Sequence record: MN794232.1
Strand: one strand, 5' to 3'
Length of the DNA: 64,000 nucleotides
A program made the position numbers and the translations under genes. The notes under the pieces are model-generated. The model saw nothing but the letters and a program-made list of their open reading frames with translations. It was not told the origin of the DNA and searched no databases. Shown piece after piece: positions 44,252 through 53,800 of this stretch (within the stretch, counting starts at the first letter, position 1; each line of letters starts with the position of its first letter).

Positions 44252-44835
44252 TGGCAAAACTTTACTACAATTATTCCGCTATGAACGCGGGTAAATCTGC
44301 ACAGTTGTTACAAGCTGCTCATAACTACGAACAGACTGGTTCTACTGTGTGGTATTTTAACTACTATCAAGACGACCGTTTTGGTGGTGTCGGCAAGATC
44401 TCTAGTCGTATTGGGCTTGAGCATGACGCTGTGCTATACAGTGAAGAGTTCGATTTCGTAGACTATGCTTTATTCGAGCGAGTTCCAGCCGCGATTTTCG
44501 TCGATGAATGTCAGTTCCTTACTGAGAAACAAGTACTTCAGCTTGCTACGCTGGTGGATCAGTACAACATACCAGTGCTTTGTTACGGTATACGCAATGA
44601 TTACATGGGTAATTTGTTTGCGGGTTCTGCTGCGTTGATGTGTCATGCCGATGAGATTCGCGAAATCAAAGCCATGTGCTCAGTCGAGGGTTGTCATAAG
44701 AAAGCAACTCATATCGGCTTGTATATTGGTGGTGAGCGTGTAACACAAGGTGAACAGACATATATTGGTGATACTGATTATCGTAGTATGTGTCGTAAGC
44801 ATTTTCTAAGGGATGCAAATGAACAGAGTACTTGA
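44251..44835 (+). CDS. tk: Thymidine kinase (type II)
   Basis: YSAMNAGKS, VDECQFL, CYGIRNDY...F.GS, zinc C..C / C..H sites. Confidence 0.95.
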   Translation: MAKLYYNYSAMNAGKSAQLLQAAHNYEQTGSTVWYFNYYQDDRFGGVGKISSRIGLEHDAVLYSEEFDFVDYALFERVPAAIFVDECQFLTEKQVLQLATLVDQYNIPVLCYGIRNDYMGNLFAGSAALMCHADEIREIKAMCSVEGCHKKATHIGLYIGGERVTQGEQTYIGDTDYRSMCRKHFLRDANEQST

Positions 44836-45121
44836 ATTAGAGTCGCAGATTGCGGCTCTCCAACGGGAATTACAAGACGAGCGTAACCGATGTCGTCATA
44901 CTCGCGTTACATATGAGTTCAAGTCGAATACGGGTAATTACGATCCGCATTCGGATTGCTACTGGAATGAAGTGCAGTGCATTGACTGCGGTTCTCGTAT
45001 GCACTTCGACTCCGATGATGACAATGTGAATTATCGTCTTGCTGGTGTAATCGGTTCTGAAGGTAAAGTTGAGAAACACGATTACGAGACATATTTGAAA
45101 GTGAAAAAGGAACTAGAATGA
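44819..45121 (+). CDS. Hypothetical protein with Cys motifs
   Basis: CRH...GNYDP.SD..W...CIDCG. Confidence 0.68.
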   Translation: MNRVLELESQIAALQRELQDERNRCRHTRVTYEFKSNTGNYDPHSDCYWNEVQCIDCGSRMHFDSDDDNVNYRLAGVIGSEGKVEKHDYETYLKVKKELE

Positions 45122-45467
45122 AGTACGTACGTTATACTGAATTCAATGACAACGAAGGCGAGACATGGCATCGTTTTATCCCGATGACTGATCCGTGTTT
45201 AGACAAGTTTCTAGATGTCATGAAGCTAGTTGAAGATGACCCTGAAGAAGCGTATTCGATTGAAGTCGATGCCAACGGAAAGGTTGTTCAATACGATGAA
45301 TCATACGTAAAGTGCTAGTAGACGAAGCAGCCATGTATATGAGCGGTTACATGGACATGTATGCCGTATGTAATATTAACGAAAAGCTATTCGAATGGGT
45401 TGCCGATGTCGAAAATGACGTTGAAGCAGTTTGCGAAATGCTATACAAAATGGGGTGGGCGAAATGA
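45118..45467 (+). pseudogene. ORF interrupted by a -1 frameshift at about 45309 (programmed, mutation or sequencing error)
   Basis: Frame 1 stops at 45318; the -1 frame continues KVLVDEAAMYMSGYM...MGWAK to a TGA overlapping the next ATG (45464). Confidence 0.6.
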
Positions 45468-45787
45468 GCCAAGCACTATATGACGCAGTAAAAGCGTACA
45501 ACGACGAACATGGTTATTCAAACGAGCCGGATTCGATGTACGAGACGTTTGTAGAATGTCTAAGCAAACGCATTGTACAAGAAGAAACTGAATCTGAGCA
45601 TCGTTGGTATGATGTTCGTTCTGTGGTACATGCTGTTGACATCGACGGCGTAGAGCGATACTTCGCTACGTTTGATTATCACATTACTGGTGATAACTGT
45701 GCCAGAGACATGGATTTAGACATGCCGACGCTTGACGATGTAACAGAAGTGCATCCGCATCAAGTAACAATGACTGTCTACAAGTAA
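45464..45787 (+). CDS. Hypothetical acidic protein
   Basis: EHRWY..R.VV. Confidence 0.7.
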   Translation: MSQALYDAVKAYNDEHGYSNEPDSMYETFVECLSKRIVQEETESEHRWYDVRSVVHAVDIDGVERYFATFDYHITGDNCARDMDLDMPTLDDVTEVHPHQVTMTVYK

Positions 45788-46080
45788 TGGACATCGGTAC
45801 ATTAACTGCGTTATGTGAGCGGGCAGCGTTGTTGTCTGTTCACTTACCCGTTGAGAAGCGTGATCGTTGTCTATCTATGATTGATGTGCTTCTAGCGAAT
45901 TCACAATGGCCCGATCTGAAGATTGGTGGTTGGTTAGAGCATATTATCACAGTGTGCATTGAAAACGGTATAACGACTATCGACGCAGAGCGTGAATTCA
46001 GTCGTCCGATAAAACATGCGTATTACAGAAGTATAGGTATTGAACCGCCAGTTACTATTGACTTGTCTAAAGCCCCTTAA
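45787..46080 (+). CDS. Hypothetical protein
   Basis: 97 aa; TAATG coupling. Confidence 0.7.
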   Translation: MDIGTLTALCERAALLSVHLPVEKRDRCLSMIDVLLANSQWPDLKIGGWLEHIITVCIENGITTIDAEREFSRPIKHAYYRSIGIEPPVTIDLSKAP

Positions 46081-46093
46081 TTGGGGCTTTTTT
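46069..46093 (+). terminator. Intrinsic terminator identical to 16869-16893
   Basis: AAAGCCCCTTAATTGGGGCTTTTTT. Confidence 0.85.
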
Positions 46094-46144
46094 AGGTCTG
46101 AAGAAAATAAAAGAAAAAAGTTTAAGTTTTTTTGCAAAAAGTGG

Positions 46145-46231
46145 TTGCATGGCGAATGGTAATTTCCTATTATAGCTACATCGAAACGAGATACACAATC
46201 TTAAACGACTTAACTAAGAGAGAACATTATG
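46145..46231 (+). promoter_or_regulatory. Early promoter cassette
   Basis: TTGCAT-17 bp-TATTAT; ATCGAAACGA...GAGAGAACATTATG. Confidence 0.78.
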
Positions 46232-46828
46232 CCAAGCAATCTAAACAACATCAAAATCAAAGACATTCGCGAATTCGGTATCAGCACTATCTCATACAAA
46301 GATTTCACTATCTTTGCTACTGAAGAAGCTGACGAGATTGTTCTACGCGCTGCTGTAGAATACGACGAGAACTCAGACGCTCACGTATCAGTAACTGAAG
46401 TATGTGGTGACACATTGAAAGAAGCGAAAGCTTACTTGCAAGCTGAATTGAACGACGTTGAGCACACTGCTGGTCAGATTGCTGAAATGGCGATTGCTCT
46501 TGACTTCACTGGTCAATACGACGTTCTAGTTGAGAAATTCAACGCGCCGAAAGCGAAGCCAGTTGCAGTAGTCGCTCCTGTAGCTAAAGCATCTGCTCCA
46601 GTAGAAGAGACTAAGCCAGCGCCTAAGAAAACTAACGCACGCGGTGCTGCTGCACGTGAGCTAGTCGCTGAGAAAGCAACTGAAGTTCTTGGTCTGACTG
46701 ACATCACTTTCGAGCAGCGTGGCAAATACAAAGACTGGTACATCATGAGTACTGACGCTGAAGGCGAAGCATTTGAGCAACGTCTAGACGTATTCAAGAA
46801 AAAACTAGTAGTAATGGGAGCATTGTAA
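46229..46828 (+). CDS. Hypothetical early protein with Ala/Pro/Lys linker
   Basis: 199 aa. Confidence 0.8.
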   Translation: MPSNLNNIKIKDIREFGISTISYKDFTIFATEEADEIVLRAAVEYDENSDAHVSVTEVCGDTLKEAKAYLQAELNDVEHTAGQIAEMAIALDFTGQYDVLVEKFNAPKAKPVAVVAPVAKASAPVEETKPAPKKTNARGAAARELVAEKATEVLGLTDITFEQRGKYKDWYIMSTDAEGEAFEQRLDVFKKKLVVMGAL

Positions 46829-46998
46829 TGGTTAATCAAGTACGACGTATCAACGGTGATGATTACATTGTCAAGTCTCACCGTGACAACAAGTGTGAGG
46901 TACAAAAACTTTCACATGCTGAATTAGTTCTTGACACGTACGACGTTCACGAGCTAGAATCTTTCGAACTTATTACAACACTATCTGATACTTTTTAA
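46828..46998 (+). CDS. Hypothetical protein (56 aa)
   Basis: TAATG coupling. Confidence 0.55.
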   Translation: MVNQVRRINGDDYIVKSHRDNKCEVQKLSHAELVLDTYDVHELESFELITTLSDTF

Positions 46999-47007
46999 GG
47001 ACATATT

Positions 47008-47589
47008 ATGAACATCAAAGCAGGTCAAATCGTAGTTTCAACAGCAACATCACACAAGTCAGTTGCCAAGAATGGCGAGTACGGATTGGTTATGCACGCC
47101 AACAACACTCTAGCAATCGTATATTGGCCAAACGCAGGTCGTTGTGTCAAACAGTTCTTCAAAAATGCGACTATCTCACGTGTAGAATCTCCTGACAGTT
47201 GCCTTGTAGATATTAATTCAGACGAAGCCAGAGCTGCGTACGCGAAATACAAAACAGACATGGCAGACAAAGTAAAAGCAAAGAAAGAAAATCGCGCACC
47301 TACTGTGAAACTTGGTACGGCTGATAATGTTCTTGATGTAGTGAATACAGAAATGGGTGCGGTATCTGCTATCATGAGTGATGTGCAATACAGCCCACTT
47401 CAAGAAGCTGTAATCATGAACAATCTAATGAAGCTAGTTGAACGTTGTCGAGTGAAGTTCGGGATGAAAGAGCTAATGCTAATGGGTGACGGTGTTGACA
47501 AAGCTGAAGAAACAATGCAATCCATCAATGACATTCGCACCAAGATGGAAACTCTAGGCGCATCATTCGAAGACTTACTAAAACTTTAA
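47008..47589 (+). CDS. Hypothetical protein
   Basis: 193 aa; AAGGA RBS. Confidence 0.75.
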   Translation: MNIKAGQIVVSTATSHKSVAKNGEYGLVMHANNTLAIVYWPNAGRCVKQFFKNATISRVESPDSCLVDINSDEARAAYAKYKTDMADKVKAKKENRAPTVKLGTADNVLDVVNTEMGAVSAIMSDVQYSPLQEAVIMNNLMKLVERCRVKFGMKELMLMGDGVDKAEETMQSINDIRTKMETLGASFEDLLKL

Positions 47590-47637
47590 TACAACTTTAA
47601 GCATTCACATACATTTAACAATTGAGAGAATTACATT

Positions 47638-48195
47638 ATGAATAAATCAGTACAATTAGCAATCGCATTCGCTGGCACACACATGGTAACTGCATACGAG
47701 CTTGCTCAGAACTTCTATGACGAAAGCAAAAGCAAGACATATATTGACTCAGTGCGTCGTCAATGTGCTAAAGAACTTGAAGAAGGCGTGAAAGCGGGAT
47801 TGCTGACTCGTGTTAACGGTAAGAAGTATGCAGGTTCAACTAAGTTTGCGCATCGTTACACATGTCGTAAGTACGCTGACAAGATTGGTCTGAAGAACGT
47901 ACCTTACCGTGACGGTCGTAATGCTCCACCACGCACTGGCATTATTGCACTGATTGAAAAATGCGTTGCTGAAATGATCATTGACAAAACGTACCGTCAC
48001 AAGAAGTTCACTTCAAACGAAGTTGGTATCGCTACTGTTATTCAATACATTCGCGAAGGAAAAACACCTGCTGCACGCAAGATCTTGAGCAGTCACGCGA
48101 ACACATATGAAAAGAACGTGAAGTACGTTGTTCGCAACCATCGTGGTGTCCTTGATGACAAAGGGCTTAACTTACGCGACTTAGTGAAAGCATAA
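47638..48195 (+). CDS. Basic protein, possible winged-helix DNA binder
   Basis: 185 aa; TAYELA...L...V.AGLL.R. Confidence 0.6.
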   Translation: MNKSVQLAIAFAGTHMVTAYELAQNFYDESKSKTYIDSVRRQCAKELEEGVKAGLLTRVNGKKYAGSTKFAHRYTCRKYADKIGLKNVPYRDGRNAPPRTGIIALIEKCVAEMIIDKTYRHKKFTSNEVGIATVIQYIREGKTPAARKILSSHANTYEKNVKYVVRNHRGVLDDKGLNLRDLVKA

Positions 48196-48241
48196 TGCAA
48201 CCAATAGACGTAAGAGATAGATTTGAACATGAGGCTACCAA

Positions 48242-48835
48242 ATGCACAAAATGACAGTTCATGTATGTGACTACTGCGACTTCCAAAGCATATTACCAAA
48301 AGAAGTTGAAGCGCATGAAAAGCGTTGCGCTCAACACAACATGTTTTTAAAAGTGAAAGGTATTCAGCAAGCTCAAGCTCATGCCTATCTCGACACGATT
48401 CGATTGCGTGCATGTTCGTTCAAGCACTTGTTTGAAATCATTCAAGACGAAGAAGATATGATCATCGAAGCGGTTCAGGTGTTGCACTTCTACGGCGAAG
48501 AGCGTAAAGCACCGCGTATGATGAACTTCAAATGGAAATACTGTCATTTCTGTCATGAGTACGAGCAGTTTCGCGAACAGCGTAAGACACACAGCGCGCC
48601 AGTTGGAGAGAAAACTTGCCCGATGTGGTCAGAAAACAAAGAAGACATCAAGAGCGGTCTTGCTTGTGCAATTGAATGCATTTGGGAACATCAAGGTAGT
48701 CGTAAATCAGTTGACCGCTATCGTAATTATCTTGGTTACATCCCGGGTGTGAATACAGGTTCAGGTGGTGGCGTTGATAAAGTGCATTACTACCTGACAC
48801 TTTGGAAAGATGATTTCCCATTAATTCAAAAATAA
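48242..48835 (+). CDS. Hypothetical protein with N-terminal zinc-finger-like motif
   Basis: CDYC...HEKRC. Confidence 0.7.
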   Translation: MHKMTVHVCDYCDFQSILPKEVEAHEKRCAQHNMFLKVKGIQQAQAHAYLDTIRLRACSFKHLFEIIQDEEDMIIEAVQVLHFYGEERKAPRMMNFKWKYCHFCHEYEQFREQRKTHSAPVGEKTCPMWSENKEDIKSGLACAIECIWEHQGSRKSVDRYRNYLGYIPGVNTGSGGGVDKVHYYLTLWKDDFPLIQK

Positions 48836-48840
48836 CCAAA

Positions 48841-48915
48841 AAAAGGGTTGCTTCGGCAGCCCTTTTCTCGTATTATAGCTTTATCGAAACGAGATACGAA
48901 AGAGAGAACATTATG
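48841..48915 (+). promoter_or_regulatory. Early promoter stem-loop cassette with UUCG loop
   Basis: AAAAGGGTTGC-TTCG-GCAGCCCTTTT; TTGCTT-17 bp-TATTAT; conserved leader. Confidence 0.78.
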
Positions 48916-49155
48916 ACTTCAGTAATCAACGAAAAATTCCTAGCAGTGATTCACGCAGCACAAGACGCAGTTGTTGCTGAAAATGCTTCTTTCGATTACG
49001 TAGCATCTAACGCTGAGATCGCAACTGACATTTGGCACAATCACATGACTCCATTCGAGCGTCTAGAGTTTGTTCAGTTGTTCACTAACGAGTCTCTAGT
49101 GATTGAACGTCGTTACGACCTTGCGCTTTGGTTAATTGAAAATTCTTTGAAATAA
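48913..49155 (+). CDS. Hypothetical early protein
   Basis: 80 aa. Confidence 0.75.
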   Translation: MTSVINEKFLAVIHAAQDAVVAENASFDYVASNAEIATDIWHNHMTPFERLEFVQLFTNESLVIERRYDLALWLIENSLK

Positions 49156-49158
49156 TGC

Positions 49159-49187
49159 TTGACGAGTTTCACCAAAAAGCCGATAAT
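49159..49187 (+). promoter_or_regulatory. Early promoter
   Basis: TTGACG-17 bp-GATAAT. Confidence 0.6.
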
Positions 49188-49213
49188 AGCTACATCAAAA
49201 CGAGGAGAACATT

Positions 49214-49504
49214 ATGAACTACACAACTGAAACAATCAAAGCATGTCTTGAACTAGTTGCAACTTTGAAATCAGACAAGATTACAAAAGGCAACGTAGAG
49301 AAGCTACGCGCTGCATATCGTGCGCAAGCTGACCAAGAAGTGTCTATTGCTATGTCTTCTATCTGTTCTATTGCAGAGCGTCATTTAGACCGCAAAGCAG
49401 CGAATCGTCCTGCAATGAGCAAGTGTGCTGAGTCCTACTTGAACTTTGATTGGCGTACAATCCCGGGTTGTGTTGGTTTTTCACGTGAAGTACTAGAGGT
49501 TTAA
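49214..49504 (+). CDS. Hypothetical protein
   Basis: 96 aa; GAGGAG RBS. Confidence 0.75.
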   Translation: MNYTTETIKACLELVATLKSDKITKGNVEKLRAAYRAQADQEVSIAMSSICSIAERHLDRKAANRPAMSKCAESYLNFDWRTIPGCVGFSREVLEV

Positions 49505-49505
49505 C

Positions 49506-49616
49506 ATGAGCAAGATTGACGAAGCGTTTTTCTGCATTTTATTTTATCTGTGTGTGTTTGTATACAAAACACGTTGGTTTCTAATTGGTATGGGTGTAGC
49601 ATGGTTAGTCTTTTAA
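49506..49616 (+). CDS. Small membrane peptide (36 aa)
   Basis: GAGG RBS; MSKIDEAFFCILFYLCVFVYKTRWFLIGMGVAWLVF. Confidence 0.5.
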   Translation: MSKIDEAFFCILFYLCVFVYKTRWFLIGMGVAWLVF

Positions 49617-49885
49617 AAGCAGTTAATAGCGAGTTCACGAGTTATACAGACCGTGTACTGCCTGATGAGATTGCAAGTAAAGTCGCTCGTACATGTGAGC
49701 AAGAATATTGGGCTACGTTTTACCATCACGATTGCACGTCACTAGACACCGCTGATCGTGATGTAGCTTTCGACCTCATTGCAAATGAGCTTGGTCTCGA
49801 AGATGGTTGGCCAATGTACGGATCTTCTGACGAGTACAAAGCAAAGTTTCAACAAGAACTTGAGAAATTGGATAAAGCAGAATGA
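49601..49885 (+). CDS. Hypothetical protein (start uncertain)
   Basis: Fills the gap before denV; acidic. Confidence 0.55.
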   Translation: MVSLLKAVNSEFTSYTDRVLPDEIASKVARTCEQEYWATFYHHDCTSLDTADRDVAFDLIANELGLEDGWPMYGSSDEYKAKFQQELEKLDKAE

Positions 49886-50298
49886 CACGAATCAATTGTA
49901 TGCCGGTTGAAACGCTCTCAGACAAGCATTTGCTTGCAGAGTACAAAGAGATAACCAGACCGTTTAACAAGGTTGAGAAGCGCATACAAGCGCGTACAAT
50001 GGGTGATGTGAGCATTCCTGAGCACTACGTACTTGGTACAGGTCACGAAACGTTCTTTTTTGATAAGTTGCATTATCTTTACGTTCGTTATCGTGACTTG
50101 TGTGAAGAACTATTGCACCGCGGTGTGAATATCAATGTTGAACAGTTCGATGAAATCTGCGAATGGATTGAGAACACGTTTGTTGATACTCCGTATTGGA
50201 ACTATTGGACACCGCGCCCAGAAGACATGTATTTGAACATGGCGCGACTTGTAAAGCGCAGCAACTTTGATGCTGCAAAAGCTGAAGCACTAAACTGA
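49882..50298 (+). CDS. denV: Endonuclease V, pyrimidine-dimer DNA glycosylase
   Basis: MTRIN, HLLAEYKEITR, YVLGTGHETFFFDKL.YL..RY; 138 aa. Confidence 0.95.
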   Translation: MTRINCMPVETLSDKHLLAEYKEITRPFNKVEKRIQARTMGDVSIPEHYVLGTGHETFFFDKLHYLYVRYRDLCEELLHRGVNINVEQFDEICEWIENTFVDTPYWNYWTPRPEDMYLNMARLVKRSNFDAAKAEALN

Positions 50299-50308
50299 GG
50301 AAATTATT

Positions 50309-50740
50309 ATGACACTAGCACACTTTCCACAAGACGAATTGCCTGAGCGTTCTGATTTTAAAATGCCGAAAGAGCCTGAAACTCGCAAGACTCATTGCAA
50401 AGTAACTGAAGAGAAAGACAAGAACATCTTCAAAATCATCATGTTCTGGTTCTTCATGTCGGTATTTGCAATCGGTGTTGCGGCGTTCTTTGGTTTTTTC
50501 AGTAAGGTAGAAATTGGGGATCGTTATTACCTTCTGCAAGACGTGGGATGGGAACGCTCTCAGAGTGTATTATTCGGTATTGAAATCACTGACGTGAATT
50601 ACTCAGCCGAGCGAGTACGTTACAAGTACATCAACTTAGATGCCGTGGAAGAAAAAGAAATGCCATTTAGTGCTTTGAAACGTTCTTACGTACCTGCTGA
50701 CGATGTTGAAATCAATCAATCTATGGAGAAAACAAAATGA
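50309..50740 (+). CDS. Single-TM protein (paralogue set C)
   Basis: TM then EIGDRY...VRYKY. Confidence 0.68.
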   Translation: MTLAHFPQDELPERSDFKMPKEPETRKTHCKVTEEKDKNIFKIIMFWFFMSVFAIGVAAFFGFFSKVEIGDRYYLLQDVGWERSQSVLFGIEITDVNYSAERVRYKYINLDAVEEKEMPFSALKRSYVPADDVEINQSMEKTK

Positions 50741-51093
50741 CAGCGACAAAATTCGTAGGTTCAATCGTAGCTGTATGGCTTGGTATTATATTTTTCTTTG
50801 CCATGAACATCACTGGGTATTCGTTATTCAAGCCAGACATTAAAGTTGGTGACGTATACCAGTCTGTCAAAGAAGCAGAATTCGCCAGTGACCCCGACGA
50901 AGTAACGATCATCGAAATCACTGAAATCAGCAAAGACGGCGATGACGTTCGTTACATTTACAAAATGATAGACAACAAGGCATATGAAGACACCGGCGAA
51001 CAACATCAATGGAAAATGAAAAAGCGTTACATTTACCGTTACTACGAGAAACTTGATTATGAAAGCAACGCAAAAACAGATCGAACTATGTAA
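50737..51093 (+). CDS. Single-TM protein (paralogue set C)
   Basis: TM then KVGDVY...VRYIY. Confidence 0.68.
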   Translation: MTATKFVGSIVAVWLGIIFFFAMNITGYSLFKPDIKVGDVYQSVKEAEFASDPDEVTIIEITEISKDGDDVRYIYKMIDNKAYEDTGEQHQWKMKKRYIYRYYEKLDYESNAKTDRTM

Positions 51094-51283
51094 CTTACTC
51101 ATCGACAACGGTGCGCCGTTTGAGCTAAAGCACCCGCACGAAGATTCGATTGAAGCTGCTGATCAGTTCATCAAAGCGAATCGGCATTATCTACAGCGTG
51201 GTATCGTCAAGCACGAGAACTATTATCACAAAGCAGTTGAGAACGGTTTGATGCCTGAAGACATCGGTGTATGGAATATGTAA
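51059..51283 (+). CDS. Hypothetical protein
   Basis: MKATQKQI start. Confidence 0.6.
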   Translation: MKATQKQIELCNLLIDNGAPFELKHPHEDSIEAADQFIKANRHYLQRGIVKHENYYHKAVENGLMPEDIGVWNM

Positions 51284-51290
51284 AAAGTGG

Positions 51291-51318
51291 TTGCAATGCC
51301 GAATCAGATGCGTATAAT
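51291..51318 (+). promoter_or_regulatory. Early promoter
   Basis: AAAAGTGG-TTGCAA-16 bp-TATAAT. Confidence 0.6.
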
Positions 51319-51563
51319 GAACTCATCAACTAAAGAGACGTGAGGAAAAGAAATGAGCTTTAAAACACGAGTACAAATCTGGCGCGTATCACGAGTCATT
51401 GTGATGTTCACTTATAATATTTCGGTCGCTATCTCGCGTAGCTTCTAAAACACGAGGGATGGTATGCAGTTCACGCTATCCCTAAACGACTTATCACCAA
51501 TGGGATTCGACGAGTTCAACAAAGCCGTCGATAAAGTCAGGGAAGAATCAGAGGAAGAAAATT

Positions 51564-51788
51564 ATGAAAGTAGTATACGAAAATGCGACAAAGCACGAGA
51601 AAGGTCTGCTTGTTTACTTGCATTTCAATGACGAGACTGAATATCGTGTTGGTAAGAACGGCGCTGTTCAGCGTGGTAAGTCGTTTCACGGCAAAGTAAA
51701 ACGCGGTGAAAAGGTCTACGCAAACGAGCATGTTGTCGGTCACAAAAGCAACACGCTTGAAGAAGCGAACAAGCGAGTATTCAAATGA
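51564..51788 (+). CDS. Hypothetical protein
   Basis: 74 aa; GAGG RBS. Confidence 0.65.
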   Translation: MKVVYENATKHEKGLLVYLHFNDETEYRVGKNGAVQRGKSFHGKVKRGEKVYANEHVVGHKSNTLEEANKRVFK

Positions 51789-52168
51789 ACGATAACGAAC
51801 TAAAAGGATTACCGACTGACATCGACTTGCTAGAAACAGCAATTCACTTGCTCAAAGCAAAGCCGTATGATCAGCGACGTTTAGAGCATTTAGCAAATGT
51901 CATGTCTCGCGTTCAGCCTCAAGTACTCAAGCGAAAAGCTGAACTTGACTGCTGGGCAGTGAAGCCATTCACTAGAATGGACATGAAAAAGCTACAAATC
52001 GTACCAACGAATGGCGTGTTTTATCAAGATCAATTGATTCACACGTACGACAAAGACGCTCAAGCGTTTCACATGCTTGATTATTTCAAAGAGAACGACA
52101 TCAAATCATACGGTGAGTTCCTTGACCATCTTAGCGAATTGGAGAATAAAGTATGCACGCAGGTGTAA
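51785..52168 (+). CDS. Hypothetical protein
   Basis: 127 aa. Confidence 0.7.
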   Translation: MNDNELKGLPTDIDLLETAIHLLKAKPYDQRRLEHLANVMSRVQPQVLKRKAELDCWAVKPFTRMDMKKLQIVPTNGVFYQDQLIHTYDKDAQAFHMLDYFKENDIKSYGEFLDHLSELENKVCTQV

Positions 52169-53133
52169 TTGGCAAGTTCAACAACTACCATCAAGGTCAT
52201 TTCAAGCTGATCAAGTTCGCGCTATCGCTTGCAGACAAAGTAACTGTTTTGCTTTGCACTGAAGACAACGATCCGATTCCAGTTGAAACACGCATGAAGT
52301 GGATGCACCAAGACTTCGGTAATCGCATTCGAATTAGTGTAATCTGTCCGAGTGATGAGAATCTATCGAACAAATCCGAGTCAGACCGCGAAGTATCGAA
52401 GCAGTGGGCTGCTTTCATCGACGAGCGTTACCCAGAGATTGATGCATTCGTTGGTTCAGAGCAGTACATCAATTACTGTGCTGAGTACGGTAACTTTGAT
52501 GGAATCATCTACGACGAAGCACGTGAAATCACGCCTTGCTCAAGCACATCGGTTCGCGAGAACAATTCACACGAGTTCTACAGCCCGAGCGCACAGCAAG
52601 ACCGAGTACGTCGAATTGCATTCATCGGTCCCGAGTCTTGTGGTAAGTCTTGGAACGCAGCATCAATCGCAGCCGCTAACGGGTATGAACTCGTACTCGA
52701 AGCAGCACGCGACATCATGAGCGACAATCACTACACTGAACACGATGTTCTTGAGTTCGCGATTGCCCAAACTGCACGAATTGAAGCAACTGGTAAAGAA
52801 AGTGACACTGTAATCGTTGATTCTTCAGCTATTACGTCGGCAGTTTACAGTCAGTTTCAATTCAATCAATCATCGGTTCTTCTGAATGCATTAGCTGCTT
52901 TTGAAAACATTGATGCTTATGTACTCTTCCGACCAAACTGTGAGTTTGTTCAAGATGGTACACGCACACAGACGCAAGAAGACCGCGAACGCTGGTTTGA
53001 ACTTGCAAAGTCTATGCTTCTTCGATTGAACAAGCCATTCTTGATTGTTCAGAAAGGGCAGAATTGGGAAGAACGTTTACACGAAACGGCAAGTCATGTT
53101 TCACTACTGAGAGATAAAGTAAAATGGGTATAA
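52153..53133 (+). CDS. nadR: NadR-like NMN adenylyltransferase / ribosylnicotinamide kinase (no HTH)
   Basis: GKFNNYHQGH; Walker A IGPESCGKS; EAAR, VIVDS, FVQDGTR. Confidence 0.88.
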   Translation: MHAGVIGKFNNYHQGHFKLIKFALSLADKVTVLLCTEDNDPIPVETRMKWMHQDFGNRIRISVICPSDENLSNKSESDREVSKQWAAFIDERYPEIDAFVGSEQYINYCAEYGNFDGIIYDEAREITPCSSTSVRENNSHEFYSPSAQQDRVRRIAFIGPESCGKSWNAASIAAANGYELVLEAARDIMSDNHYTEHDVLEFAIAQTARIEATGKESDTVIVDSSAITSAVYSQFQFNQSSVLLNALAAFENIDAYVLFRPNCEFVQDGTRTQTQEDRERWFELAKSMLLRLNKPFLIVQKGQNWEERLHETASHVSLLRDKVKWV

Positions 53134-53462
53134 TATGGATTTCAAATATTGCGATTGTCGTCGCGACGTTACTTGTGACATTCATCATCAAGTGTGTGTT
53201 CATGGTCGACATTGGATGGGAACGTTACTTAGACAAACTGCAACGCTTTAAGTATGCCCATTTGTTCACTCGTGAAGTGCATGAATATTTCGAAGATCAC
53301 AAACACGACGATATGCCATTCTGGTGTTTTTCGTTCATCATTATTGATATAGTCTGTTTGGGAGTATTGTGGTTAATCGCACACTTCGCGCCAGTTGTTG
53401 CAGTGATTGTATTGCTGCTTGCTCTAATTCGAATCATTGTGATTAAGGTGAAAAAATGTTAG
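53124..53462 (+). CDS. Membrane protein (paralogue set D)
   Basis: TM, FKY..LF...DD, TM, TM. Confidence 0.68.
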   Translation: MGIIWISNIAIVVATLLVTFIIKCVFMVDIGWERYLDKLQRFKYAHLFTREVHEYFEDHKHDDMPFWCFSFIIIDIVCLGVLWLIAHFAPVVAVIVLLLALIRIIVIKVKKC

Positions 53463-53800
53463 TCAAGACGATTTCTTCAATTCTTCTACTGGCGTGGTTA
53501 ATCAACTTAGCCATACCGGTTATTCTATCACTTGGCGGGATGTTGATAAACTTCATGTTCCGCAGTGAAATCCCATTTGTTAAATGGGCTGAAAAATACC
53601 AAGAGTTCAAATATGACTGGCTATTTGGGCCATACATGCAAGGCGACGATCACGCAGTCGCGTATTTTTTCCTTGACTTGATTGTTGGATTCCTAGTAAC
53701 ATTATTCAGCTTGTGGCTGATTGAGCAAAGCATCGTCGTGTGGTTGATTATCGCCATGCCATTCATTGTCCGATTTATTACAGGGTTGATTAAAAAATGA
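53456..53800 (+). CDS. Membrane protein (paralogue set D)
   Basis: TM, FKY..LF...DD, TM, TM. Confidence 0.68.
   Translation: MLVKTISSILLLAWLINLAIPVILSLGGMLINFMFRSEIPFVKWAEKYQEFKYDWLFGPYMQGDDHAVAYFFLDLIVGFLVTLFSLWLIEQSIVVWLIIAMPFIVRFITGLIKK

Noticed and set aside
49550-49600. GTG start at 49550
   Set aside because: It overlaps a 36-aa membrane ORF (49506..49616) that has the better RBS.
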